This document shows, one piece after another, positions 56,500 through 64,000 of a DNA stretch of 64,000 nucleotides. The DNA comes from Candidatus Micrarchaeota archaeon. GTDB taxonomy: Archaea; Micrarchaeota; Micrarchaeia; Norongarragalinales; SBBD01. Position numbers and translations under genes: made by a program. The notes beneath the pieces were generated by a model, which saw only the letters and a list, made by a program, of their open reading frames with translations, was not told the DNA's origin and made no database searches. Within the stretch, counting starts at the first letter, position 1. Every line of letters starts with the position of its first letter. The stretch lies in assembly GCA_016212475.1 (NCBI GenBank), contig JACRGC010000009.1:226556-290555 (forward strand), given 5' to 3'.

Positions 56500-56874
56500 A
56501 TGGCAGCATCAGATAACCGCACTCCCCAGCAAAAAGTATTTGACTCAATTAGGCAAGACATACACACCCTAGATTCCAAAATATCCCTAATTGCCCAAAA
56601 GCTAAGAACAATCGAGCAAAACGAGGAAATCATCGGAAGGACAATTGTAACCCACAATGAAAAACTATCCGAACTTGATGAAAAAAGCGATGCGCCTTCA
56701 GCAGTGAACGTTGCTGCAAATTCCGCAAATACAAAGGATTATGATTCACTAAAAAAGCAAATCGAAGAAATCAGAAAAGACGTTTCTGAAATGCGCTACG
56801 TCCTAAATTCCATAAACCCGCTTGAATACGCAACACTTGATCAGGTAAAAGATCTCTTGAAGGATAGAAAATAG
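56500..56874 (+). CDS. Hypothetical coiled-coil protein (124 aa)
   Basis: Heptad-rich, charged; no domain recognised. Confidence 0.35.
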   Translation: MAASDNRTPQQKVFDSIRQDIHTLDSKISLIAQKLRTIEQNEEIIGRTIVTHNEKLSELDEKSDAPSAVNVAANSANTKDYDSLKKQIEEIRKDVSEMRYVLNSINPLEYATLDQVKDLLKDRK

Positions 56875-56887
56875 GAAGTGGTTTGCG

Positions 56888-58678
56888 ATGCTGCTTTCTT
56901 TGCTGATTCTTTTTTCCTCCTTTCTAATCGGCTATTTGATTTCAAGGAAATTCTTCAAAACAGAATTGTTTGCTCCATCATTGCTTTTTGGGATAATTAT
57001 TTTTGCTTACTTAATTTTCCTCATAAGCCTGGTTTTAGGATTTGGAACAAATTCAATCCTGGCAACAATTGCAATTTGCGTTATAGCTGCAATTTTTATG
57101 ATTGGAAAAAATCCACTCAAGGATTTATTTTCCCCAAAACTACTTTTTTCCAAAGATTCCTTGCTGGTTTTCCTATTTTCCCTCCTTCTTTTAGGCTTTG
57201 CATCAACAAAGGCAATTGATTTTTCAAATGGAATGAATGTGGTTTCGCAGGATTGGGCAACCCACCTTGGGATTGCTAACACGCTTGCAGAAGGCAACTT
57301 CCCAATGCAATATCCCTACCTTTCGGATCTTCCGTTTAGTTATTACTATTTTGGCCATCTTTACATTGCTTCTTTGGTGAAAGGGGGAATTGGTATTTTC
57401 CTTGCATATCCTTTCATTGTTGTGCTGGTAATTAGTGCGTTCATTTCAAGCCTTTACTCAATTTCCCGTGATTTTTTCAAAAGCAAACTAGGCGGGCTCC
57501 TATCAATTTTCCTCATGTTTTTCTCATCCACCTGCACAGCCTGTTTGATCAATGATTCCGCTTGGTTTTCCCCGTTTTTCACTTTTTCAGCAAATTCAGG
57601 CTTTCCAATCCGTCCGCTTCTTCTCTCATTCTCTTTCAACCAGCTCCCAATGGCCTTTTCATTCCTATTCTTTGCAATTTTCCTAAAAGCGTTTTTAGAG
57701 CTGGAAAAGGATAAACGCATTCTTCTTATTGGGCAATTAGTTGCCCTCCTTCCGATGTTTGGAGCATTCTTCTTTGCACTTTCGTTCATTTTAGTTGCAT
57801 ATTTGCTCTTGCAGGGAAAAAATTTCGGTGCTTGGAAAATTGGCTTATTTTCACTAATAGTTGGCTGGGCACAATTTCTCCTCCTCTACAAGGAAAAAGC
57901 CGGAGCAGCATCAACTTTGCAGTTTGTGCATGTAGAACTCTACGCCCACTCCCAAAGCATAATAGATCTTTTGCTATTTTGGTTCCAAAACGCCGGCGGG
58001 CACATAGTTTTGGCAATAATTGGAATAATTCTCATAAAGCCAAATAAGGAGTTCCTAAAATTGTACGCTGCGTCTGCATTGCTCTTCATTTTAGCAAGCA
58101 TAATTGCCGTATTCCCAGACCCTTGGGCAAATGAAAAGCTCTTTGCGCCTTTCCTGATGCTAACCTCCATTTTAGCAGCAGGCTTATTGCTAAAATTATT
58201 CTCATTCAAAAACGAGTTCAAATACGTGCCCCATTTGCTGATAATTTTAGCCCTGCTCTCTTCAGTTCATCAATTCAAGTTTTTCATCTCCCCAACTTTT
58301 GATATCGCCCAGCAATCCCTTGGTGACAAATCCACTCTTGAAGCTTGCAGTTGGCTAAAAGAAAATACTCCCCAAAAATCCGTGATTTTTGCATCCGAAA
58401 AATTGGAGGATAGCGGCTGCATTTTTGCATTAGCCGGAAGGCTTGCTTTTTATTCCAACAATTATTGGGTCAGTTCGCAGGGATTGAATGTGCAAACCTT
58501 TGAAAATGAGCAGAAAAGAATCCTAAGCGGGGAAATTCCGGCAATTAGGCAGCATAAAATCGATTACTTGCTTTCAAATTCCGAATTAGAAAGAAAAATC
58601 TCGCCCGTATTGAGGGCAAATTTGGATGTTGTTTTTGAAAAGGGGGGCGTTAAAATCTACAAAGTAAATTTGCATTAA
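56888..58678 (+). CDS. Polytopic membrane protein, putative GT-C-fold (ArnT/PMT-like) glycosyltransferase
   Basis: 596 aa, ~12 TM helices, conserved loop HLGIANTLAEGNFP..YPY, soluble C-terminal domain ending VKIYKVN (typical of archaeal GT39/ArnT-like proteins). Confidence 0.5.
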   Translation: MLLSLLILFSSFLIGYLISRKFFKTELFAPSLLFGIIIFAYLIFLISLVLGFGTNSILATIAICVIAAIFMIGKNPLKDLFSPKLLFSKDSLLVFLFSLLLLGFASTKAIDFSNGMNVVSQDWATHLGIANTLAEGNFPMQYPYLSDLPFSYYYFGHLYIASLVKGGIGIFLAYPFIVVLVISAFISSLYSISRDFFKSKLGGLLSIFLMFFSSTCTACLINDSAWFSPFFTFSANSGFPIRPLLLSFSFNQLPMAFSFLFFAIFLKAFLELEKDKRILLIGQLVALLPMFGAFFFALSFILVAYLLLQGKNFGAWKIGLFSLIVGWAQFLLLYKEKAGAASTLQFVHVELYAHSQSIIDLLLFWFQNAGGHIVLAIIGIILIKPNKEFLKLYAASALLFILASIIAVFPDPWANEKLFAPFLMLTSILAAGLLLKLFSFKNEFKYVPHLLIILALLSSVHQFKFFISPTFDIAQQSLGDKSTLEACSWLKENTPQKSVIFASEKLEDSGCIFALAGRLAFYSNNYWVSSQGLNVQTFENEQKRILSGEIPAIRQHKIDYLLSNSELERKISPVLRANLDVVFEKGGVKIYKVNLH

Positions 58679-58719
58679 GGAACGGTAGACCATTAAATAT
58701 CAAACACGCTATAAACTAT

Positions 58720-59424
58720 TTGGCTCTTATGGATTATTCGGACACAACGGTTGTAATTCCCACTCTAAACGAGGAAAAGAACATCAAATCCCTAATCCCA
58801 TTGCTGTTGAAATACAAAAAAATCAATATCATTGTGGTTGATGATGGCTCGATGGATGCAACGCTGCAGATATTGCGGAATTTTTCTTCCAAAAACCGCC
58901 AAGTTGATTTCATTGATCGTAAGGAGGAGCGGATTCACGGCCTGACAATTTCAGTTTTGGACGGTTTGCAAAAAACCAAAACCAAATACGCAATTGTCAT
59001 GGATGGGGACCTTCAGCATCCTCCGGAAAAAGTAGGTCAGATGGTTCAAAAACTTAAAGCAGGTTCCGACCTAGTTATTGGCGTTAGAACCTCGGTTTTT
59101 GATGATTGGCCAATCCATAGGCGGCTGATGTCAATTGGGGCCTCATCAATTGGATTTTTGCGGCTTTTGATTTCTGGAAAAACCTGCAATGATGTGCTTT
59201 CCGGATTTTTTGGGATCAATGTAAACCTTGCAAAAAAACTAATAGGTAAAAATTCGGGTAAATTTGAAATGGAAGGCTACAAAGTGCTGTTTGATTTTCT
59301 CAAATTACTCCCTAAAAATTCAAAATTATCTGAAGTGCCCTATCGTTTTGGGGAAAGAAGCGGGGGAAGCTCAAAAATCAACTCTCGTCATGTGAAAATA
59401 TTTTTCAAATCTGTTTTCAGGTAG
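58720..59424 (+). CDS. Glycosyltransferase family 2, dolichyl-phosphate sugar synthase (DPM1-like)
   Basis: VVIPTLNEEKNI, DDGSMD, DGDLQHPPE motifs; 234 aa soluble GT-A. Confidence 0.8.
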   Translation: MALMDYSDTTVVIPTLNEEKNIKSLIPLLLKYKKINIIVVDDGSMDATLQILRNFSSKNRQVDFIDRKEERIHGLTISVLDGLQKTKTKYAIVMDGDLQHPPEKVGQMVQKLKAGSDLVIGVRTSVFDDWPIHRRLMSIGASSIGFLRLLISGKTCNDVLSGFFGINVNLAKKLIGKNSGKFEMEGYKVLFDFLKLLPKNSKLSEVPYRFGERSGGSSKINSRHVKIFFKSVFR

Positions 59425-59429
59425 AAAAT

Positions 59430-61208
59430 ATGCTAATAGCTGTAATTGCGTTGCTTACATCCTTCCTGTTTGGCTATTTCGTTTCAAGGAAGTTGTTTTC
59501 AAAAGAGCTTTTTTCCTCATCCGTTCTGTTTGGGATTATGGGTTTTTCTTGGATTGTTTTCATTGTCAGTTTATTTGCCGGTTTTAATGAAATTTCAATC
59601 CTAGTTACCTGTGCAATTTTGGCTATTTTGTCCGCAGTTTTAGCTAAATTTGGAAATTACAAATTAAATTTAAATAACCTATTTAGCAAGGATTCCTTTC
59701 TTGTTTTTGCTGTTTCTTTTTTATTAATTGGCATTTCTTCCTATTTAGCATTTGAGAATTCGAATTCCCTCTCAACCGTTAGCATTGATGTTGCATTCCA
59801 TGCCGGAATTTTGAACACACTTGCAAATGGGAATTTTCCGCCAACATACCCGAATTTTTCCTCCGAACCGCTTTCATACTATTATTTCCTCCATTTGTTT
59901 GGGGCAAGCCTGATTCTTGGGGGAATTGATGTATTCTTAGCCTTTCAACTATTGCAAACTCTCCTAATTGCTGCTTTAATTGCCGCCTATTATGTTTTTT
60001 CTCGGGATTTTCTAAAAAGCAAATTGGGCGGAACACTAGCCGTGTTATTGATTTTCCTAATTTCCCCAAGCACCGGCAGCCAATTGGGCGGTATTTCTTG
60101 GTTTTCAGCATTTTTCCATAATTTTAGTTTGGGTATCCCCTCAAAAGGATTCCCGTTTGGTCCAACAATCCTAACTTTATCCTTCATTCAATTTTCAACT
60201 GCGTTTGCCCTCCTATTTTTTGCAATATTATTGAGATATCTTATAAATTCTGAAAAACCTTCCCTTAATATTGCTGCGATTTGCATTGCGTTTTTGCCGA
60301 TGTTCAACGCGCCATATTTTTTTGGATTCACATTGATTTTTTTGATTTATCTTATTTTCCAAAAAAAATCATGGCTGCCAATCGGAATTATTTTCCTTAT
60401 TTCCCTTCCCCAATTCGTGTTTTTATTTTCCCAGAAAACATCATTTCTACAATATCTGCGGCTTGAAATTTATGGCGGGAATTCTTTTTCAGATTTGGCG
60501 CTTTTTTGGCTCCAAAACGCAGGTTTTCACATAATTTTGGGCATAATTGGAATTATTGCAATGAAAAAACAAAATCAAAATCTGCTCAAAATCACAGTTG
60601 GCTCTTTCATATTATTTGCAATTGGCAATTTTATCAAATTTGCCCCAAACGCCCTGGAAGGCCACAAGCTTTTCCTCCCTTTTCTGATTTTGCTTGGTGT
60701 ATATTCCGCCGGTATTTTGGCTCAATGGTTGGGCAAAAGAGGGCAAATGCGATTCGCAATCATTATTTTCCTTGGCATAGGCCTAATATCGTCCTATTTC
60801 CAGTTTTTTGTTTACCTCCAACCAGAATCCATCCATACTCCGGTTTTGCTTGGCAATGGGGCGACATTTTCAGCTTGCAACTGGGCAAAATTCAATACTC
60901 CAAAAAATGCCGTGTTTGTAGCCGATGAAGCTCCTGAAAATGGCGCCTGCCTTTTTGTTGCAGCTGGAAGGAGAGCATATTTTTCAATTCCCTACGTGGT
61001 TTCAACCCATGGTTTTGATGCATTTAAAGCAAAAGAAATTCAAAGTTCCATTTTATCTGGAAACCTAGTGCTTGCAAGGCAATCCCAAATTACCCATGTG
61101 TTTGCAAATTCCAAAATTGAATCTCAAATTGGGCGGGAATTTCGGAAGCATTTGAAGCAGATCTACTCTAATGGCGAAATCACTATATATTCGGTAAATT
61201 ATCCTTGA
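59430..61208 (+). CDS. Polytopic membrane protein, paralogue of 56888..58678 (putative GT-C glycosyltransferase)
   Basis: 592 aa; N-terminus and loop motifs (HAGILNTLANGNFPPTYP) and C-terminus (ITIYSVNYP) parallel the upstream paralogue. Confidence 0.5.
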   Translation: MLIAVIALLTSFLFGYFVSRKLFSKELFSSSVLFGIMGFSWIVFIVSLFAGFNEISILVTCAILAILSAVLAKFGNYKLNLNNLFSKDSFLVFAVSFLLIGISSYLAFENSNSLSTVSIDVAFHAGILNTLANGNFPPTYPNFSSEPLSYYYFLHLFGASLILGGIDVFLAFQLLQTLLIAALIAAYYVFSRDFLKSKLGGTLAVLLIFLISPSTGSQLGGISWFSAFFHNFSLGIPSKGFPFGPTILTLSFIQFSTAFALLFFAILLRYLINSEKPSLNIAAICIAFLPMFNAPYFFGFTLIFLIYLIFQKKSWLPIGIIFLISLPQFVFLFSQKTSFLQYLRLEIYGGNSFSDLALFWLQNAGFHIILGIIGIIAMKKQNQNLLKITVGSFILFAIGNFIKFAPNALEGHKLFLPFLILLGVYSAGILAQWLGKRGQMRFAIIIFLGIGLISSYFQFFVYLQPESIHTPVLLGNGATFSACNWAKFNTPKNAVFVADEAPENGACLFVAAGRRAYFSIPYVVSTHGFDAFKAKEIQSSILSGNLVLARQSQITHVFANSKIESQIGREFRKHLKQIYSNGEITIYSVNYP

Positions 61209-61324
61209 ATAAATACTTGGCATTCATCCAAAGGGTATTTAAACTTATTTTCTTCTAACTAATCTGCTGATTTTCGTTCGCCAGTAGTATTAGAACAATC
61301 GATGAAAATCAAGGTGAGATTGTT

Positions 61325-61807
61325 ATGACTAAAGAATATGTGAAGTTTGAAACCCCAGAAGACATCCAAAAGAAAGTATTGGACCTTCTAGCTGATGTTA
61401 ATACCGCTAAAGGGCTCCTTCGAAAAGGAACCAACGAATGCACAAAGGCAATTGAAAAAGGAGAAGCCCAACTCGTCATCATCGCAGAAGATGTCGACCC
61501 GCAAGAAATCGTAATGCATCTTCCTCAGCTTTGCTCTGAAAAGAAAGTACCCTACGTTTATGTCAAGGAAAAGGCCGCCCTTGGAAAGGCTTCCAACTTA
61601 AAGGTTGGATCCGCTGCTATTGCAATCCAAAAGGCTGGAAATTCACAAAACGAAACCGCGCTCAAGGACATTGTTTCCAAGATGGGCGGGAAATTCAACT
61701 TCAAAACCGAGGAAAAGAAAGCTGAAGCGCACGCTGAAAAGAAGCCAGCAGCTGCAGTTGCTCCGAAGAAAAAAGTTGAAAAGAAAGAGGAGGCTCCAAA
61801 GGCGTAA
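61325..61807 (+). CDS. rpl7ae: 50S ribosomal protein L7Ae with Lys/Ala/Glu-rich C-terminal extension
   Basis: LLRKGTNECTKAIEKGEAQLVIIAEDVDPQEIVMHLPQLCSEKKVPYVYV (K-turn binding fold); SD AAGGTGAG upstream; ~40-aa KKAEA-rich tail. Confidence 0.85.
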   Translation: MTKEYVKFETPEDIQKKVLDLLADVNTAKGLLRKGTNECTKAIEKGEAQLVIIAEDVDPQEIVMHLPQLCSEKKVPYVYVKEKAALGKASNLKVGSAAIAIQKAGNSQNETALKDIVSKMGGKFNFKTEEKKAEAHAEKKPAAAVAPKKKVEKKEEAPKA

Positions 61808-61833
61808 TTAACTAATTTACTTTAGTGATCCAT

Positions 61834-62142
61834 ATGGGCGCAGTCAAAAAGAAATTCCAGGAGATGGGAGTTCAAACAAAAGAAGAGAACAAGGAGTTTA
61901 GGCCATCCGAAGGGCACCTTGCTGAAGTAGTTGAAATCGTTGGGAAAACCGGCGTTTTTGGCGAAATTTTGCAGGTTCTTTGCAAAGTCATGGACGGAAG
62001 GGACAAGGGCCGTGTCATCAGGCGCAATGTAAAGGGCTCTGTTAAGGTTGGCGATTATTTGATGCTTCTTGAAACTGAAAGGGAAGCAAAGCCTTTGAAG
62101 ATGAAAAAGCCAAAGAAGGATATCCGCGGAAGGCCAATGTAG
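61834..62142 (+). CDS. rps28e: 30S ribosomal protein S28e (with N- and C-terminal extensions)
   Basis: [56 protein letters not shown] matches S28e core; ORF track start is GTG at 61825. Confidence 0.8.
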   Translation: MGAVKKKFQEMGVQTKEENKEFRPSEGHLAEVVEIVGKTGVFGEILQVLCKVMDGRDKGRVIRRNVKGSVKVGDYLMLLETEREAKPLKMKKPKKDIRGRPM

Positions 62143-62157
62143 AAGAGTTGAGATTAT

Positions 62158-62346
62158 ATGGTATTATGTTCATTTTGTGGGCGTGAAGTTGCAATTGGAA
62201 CAGGCCTTACCTTTTTCAAGCGCGATGGAACCGCTATGCATTTTTGCTCAAGGAAGTGCGAAAAGAACCAATTCGTCCTGAAGAGGAACCCGGCTCACTT
62301 CAAATGGACTGCCAAGTTTGCAAGTTCTGCAAAGAAGAAGAAGTAA
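62158..62346 (+). CDS. rpl24e: 50S ribosomal protein L24e
   Basis: CSFCGREVAIGTGLTFFKRDGTAMHFCSRKCEKN zinc-ribbon signature. Confidence 0.85.
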   Translation: MVLCSFCGREVAIGTGLTFFKRDGTAMHFCSRKCEKNQFVLKRNPAHFKWTAKFASSAKKKK

Positions 62347-62351
62347 ACTAG

Positions 62352-62380
62352 TTTTTCTTGTTTTTTTAGTTTTTAATTTA
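62352..62380 (+). terminator. Oligo-T terminator candidate after rpl7ae-rps28e-rpl24e operon
   Basis: TTTTCTTGTTTTTTTAGTTTTT immediately after rpl24e stop. Confidence 0.4.
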
Positions 62381-62411
62381 TTTTCCTAGTGGAAATTTTG
62401 CAGCTCCGAAT

Positions 62412-62783
62412 TTATTTTTTCTTCCTAGTCACTTCCTTGAAAAATTCGGCCAATACGGCATTTCCCTTCTGTCGGTACTTGTCGTGCGGTGAAATGATGA
62501 TTCCGCTCCTTCCTAGGGATCTCATTACCCTAAAATTATCCTTTTTCAGAACCCTAGCATCGATTCCGTGGAAAAACAATTGCTTTTGTAAATTCTTAAT
62601 GTATTCTTTAGTTATCTCCAAGCCCATTTTTGAAGGGACGAGGTAAAAATGCTCTCCATCAACCATGGATTTTTTGATTTCCCGAGGCCTAAAACCATGG
62701 CTTTCGAGATGTTTGAGTACTTCTTCATGCGGCTTTGGCTTTTCCTTGATAAATGGTATTTTCATAAACATCACTTCCATCAA
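62412..62783 (-). CDS. Hypothetical protein (123 aa), basic
   Basis: ORF only. Confidence 0.35.
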   Translation of the reverse strand: MMEVMFMKIPFIKEKPKPHEEVLKHLESHGFRPREIKKSMVDGEHFYLVPSKMGLEITKEYIKNLQKQLFFHGIDARVLKKDNFRVMRSLGRSGIIISPHDKYRQKGNAVLAEFFKEVTRKKK

Positions 62784-62784
62784 A

Positions 62785-63057
62785 TTATTTCCTTTTAGCT
62801 TTCAATACCGCCTTTAAATTCCCTGACAATTTTGCCAAATCCTTTGGCCCTCCGGTAACTTCATATTGCCAGCTTCCTACCTTTCCAACTTCAACTGGGT
62901 GCCCGGCTTTCCAAAACAATTCGCGGATCTTTTTAGCAGCTTCCGGGGATGAATTTTCACTAGATGACAATCTTATTCTACCCGCCTCCTTGCTGTGGCT
63001 GGTAATCTTATGCAAATCAATCAATGGTTTTAATTCCTCGACAGCTCTTGCCATATT
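62785..63057 (-). CDS. Hypothetical small protein (~90 aa)
   Basis: Start placed at internal MARAVEELKPL; the ORF track N-terminal extension is hydrophobic and overlaps the region adjacent to the rRNA. Confidence 0.3.
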   Translation of the reverse strand, partial: NMARAVEELKPLIDLHKITSHSKEAGRIRLSSSENSSPEAAKKIRELFWKAGHPVEVGKVGSWQYEVTGGPKDLAKLSGNLKAVLKAKRK

Positions 63058-63299
63058 CTCACCAAACAAAACAAGCAATGCAAATAATAAAAACACATAG
63101 CTGACGCTAGGGTTTAAAAAAACAAAATTTTGAAAAAAGCTTGCGCTAGGTTTCCAAAAAATAAAATCAGGGAAAAATGCGGAAAAGATGTGCCTAGTAT
63201 GCTTTAAACGCCATATAGGAAAGATTTCACTGAGAATATCCCTCAATTGTTTTAGTCATATCATGTATTCAATGAAATAACAAGAGAGGGAATTTTGTG

Positions 63300-64000
63300 T
63301 GTGTTTTGGCCTTTAGTAATGGTTAGCTCACGGATCGCTTGCGCTTTCCGTTTACACTCCCATCCTATCGAACTCATCTGCTATGAGCGACCTGTGCCGT
63401 TTCGTTTTAGGCATGGCTTCGTCCTTAGATGCTTTCAGGACTTATCCATTAGCGCGTAGCTACGCAGCTTGCCTTTAAAGACAGCTGCCATACCAGCGGC
63501 GCCGGTTCCCCGTTCCTCTCGTACTCAGAGAACCTTACCCTCAAACGGCAATGCACTTCTAGGAGATGCCACCGAACTGTCTCGCGACGTTCTGAACCCA
63601 ACTAACGTAGGTCTTTAATGGATGAACAACCCAACCCTTGGCGGCTCCTGCACCGCCAGGATGACCTGAGCCGATAGCGATGTACCAAACCGCGTGGTCG
63701 ATTTCTTCCCTTACGGAAAGGAAATCCCCAGCGTTCGTTTAACAATTAAGTTAGGTTACAGCTTACGCTGACATCTCACTTGACGAGGAACATTCCAACT
63801 AGCAAAATGCCAGTGTATTCTGAAACGAAAACTAAAATTGCGCGAACGCATGAAAAAGATCCGATCCTGCATTTTTCCTAAATAGGAAAATTGAAGATAT
63901 GAACTCTAGCACGCGACGAGCCTGTATGGAGTCTCATCGTTGACATTAAAAAATAAAATTATTTAATGTGTGAAATAGCCCGAATTTTGTTTGGGTGTTC
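63300..64000 (-). rRNA. 23S rRNA gene, 3' portion (partial; continues past window end), with internal insertion(s)
   Basis: Minus-strand matches to conserved 23S blocks: sarcin-ricin loop AGTACGAGAGGAAC (63516-63540 region), GGGTTCAGAACGTCGCGAGACAGTTCGG, GCTGAAAGCATCTAAG, 3'-terminal GAGCTAACC.TTACTAA. Confidence 0.85.
63691..63885 (-). other. ~195-nt insertion (putative archaeal rRNA intron) in the 23S helix-89 loop
   Basis: Flanking sequences ACAGGCTCGTCGCGTGCTAGAGTTCATATC | ... | GACCACGCGGTTTGGTACATCG are collinear with E. coli ACAGGCUGAUACCGCCCAAGAGUUCAUAUC-GACGGCGGUGUUUGGCACCUCG (CGCGUG/CACGCG stem conserved); intervening 195 nt is AT-rich and non-rRNA-like. Confidence 0.4.

Noticed and set aside
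62412-63246. Possible toxin-antitoxin-like pair of small minus-strand ORFs next to the rRNA 3' end
   Set aside because: No recognisable TA-family motifs. The N-terminal part of the 62785..63246 ORF is probably non-coding. Left as hypothetical proteins.
1-64000. CRISPR arrays, cas genes, transposases/IS elements, integrases
   Set aside because: No regularly spaced direct repeats or recognisable mobile-element proteins were found on either strand. The only mobile element seen is the intein.

Overview
Low-GC archaeal chromosome segment. Archaea-specific proteins throughout support this: Alba, L7Ae/S28e/L24e, aIF5B, Spt5, NAC-alpha, AglB/STT3, class III (prepilin) signal peptides, and an intron-containing tRNA. 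Gene content and the giant surface proteins suggest a small-genome, possibly DPANN-like archaeon; that is inference only.

Layout of the window:
1. A protein-glycosylation island at 1-6.9 kb: GT9-like, GT4, GT2, AglB oligosaccharyltransferase, and a dolichyl-P GlcNAc-1-P transferase-like protein.
2. Housekeeping genes: argS, alba, rpl11, spt5, secE, ftsZ, DedA, and a class Ia aminoacyl-tRNA synthetase (valS-like).
3. Two huge secreted, N-glycosylation-sequon-rich surface proteins at 17.5-24.1 kb.
4. A small GTPase whose P-loop is interrupted by a 470-aa LAGLIDADG intein.
5. aIF5B, purB, and a tRNA-Leu(CAA) with an 89-nt intron, followed by an odd C-tract region.
6. A ~13 kb type IV pilus / archaellum-like assembly locus at 40.3-53.3 kb. 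It encodes a KaiC/ArlH-like ATPase, at least five prepilin-like proteins, a PilB/ArlI-family ATPase, and a TadC/ArlJ-like membrane protein split by a single in-frame TAA. It also encodes a Walker-A-less RecA-like protein, a Cys-rich lipoprotein with a Kazal-like motif, and a DUF361-type major pilin candidate.
7. tpiA, rtcA, NAC.
8. A second glycosylation module: two paralogous GT-C-like membrane proteins flanking a Dol-P-sugar synthase-like GT2.
9. The rpl7ae-rps28e-rpl24e operon.
10. The 3' part of a 23S rRNA gene on the minus strand. It appears to carry one internal ~195-nt insertion, and possibly a second, in the peptidyl-transferase region.

No CRISPR array or transposase was recognised.

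The ORF track assigns M to GTG/TTG starts. Several starts were moved to internal ATGs where signal-peptide or homology logic supports it.
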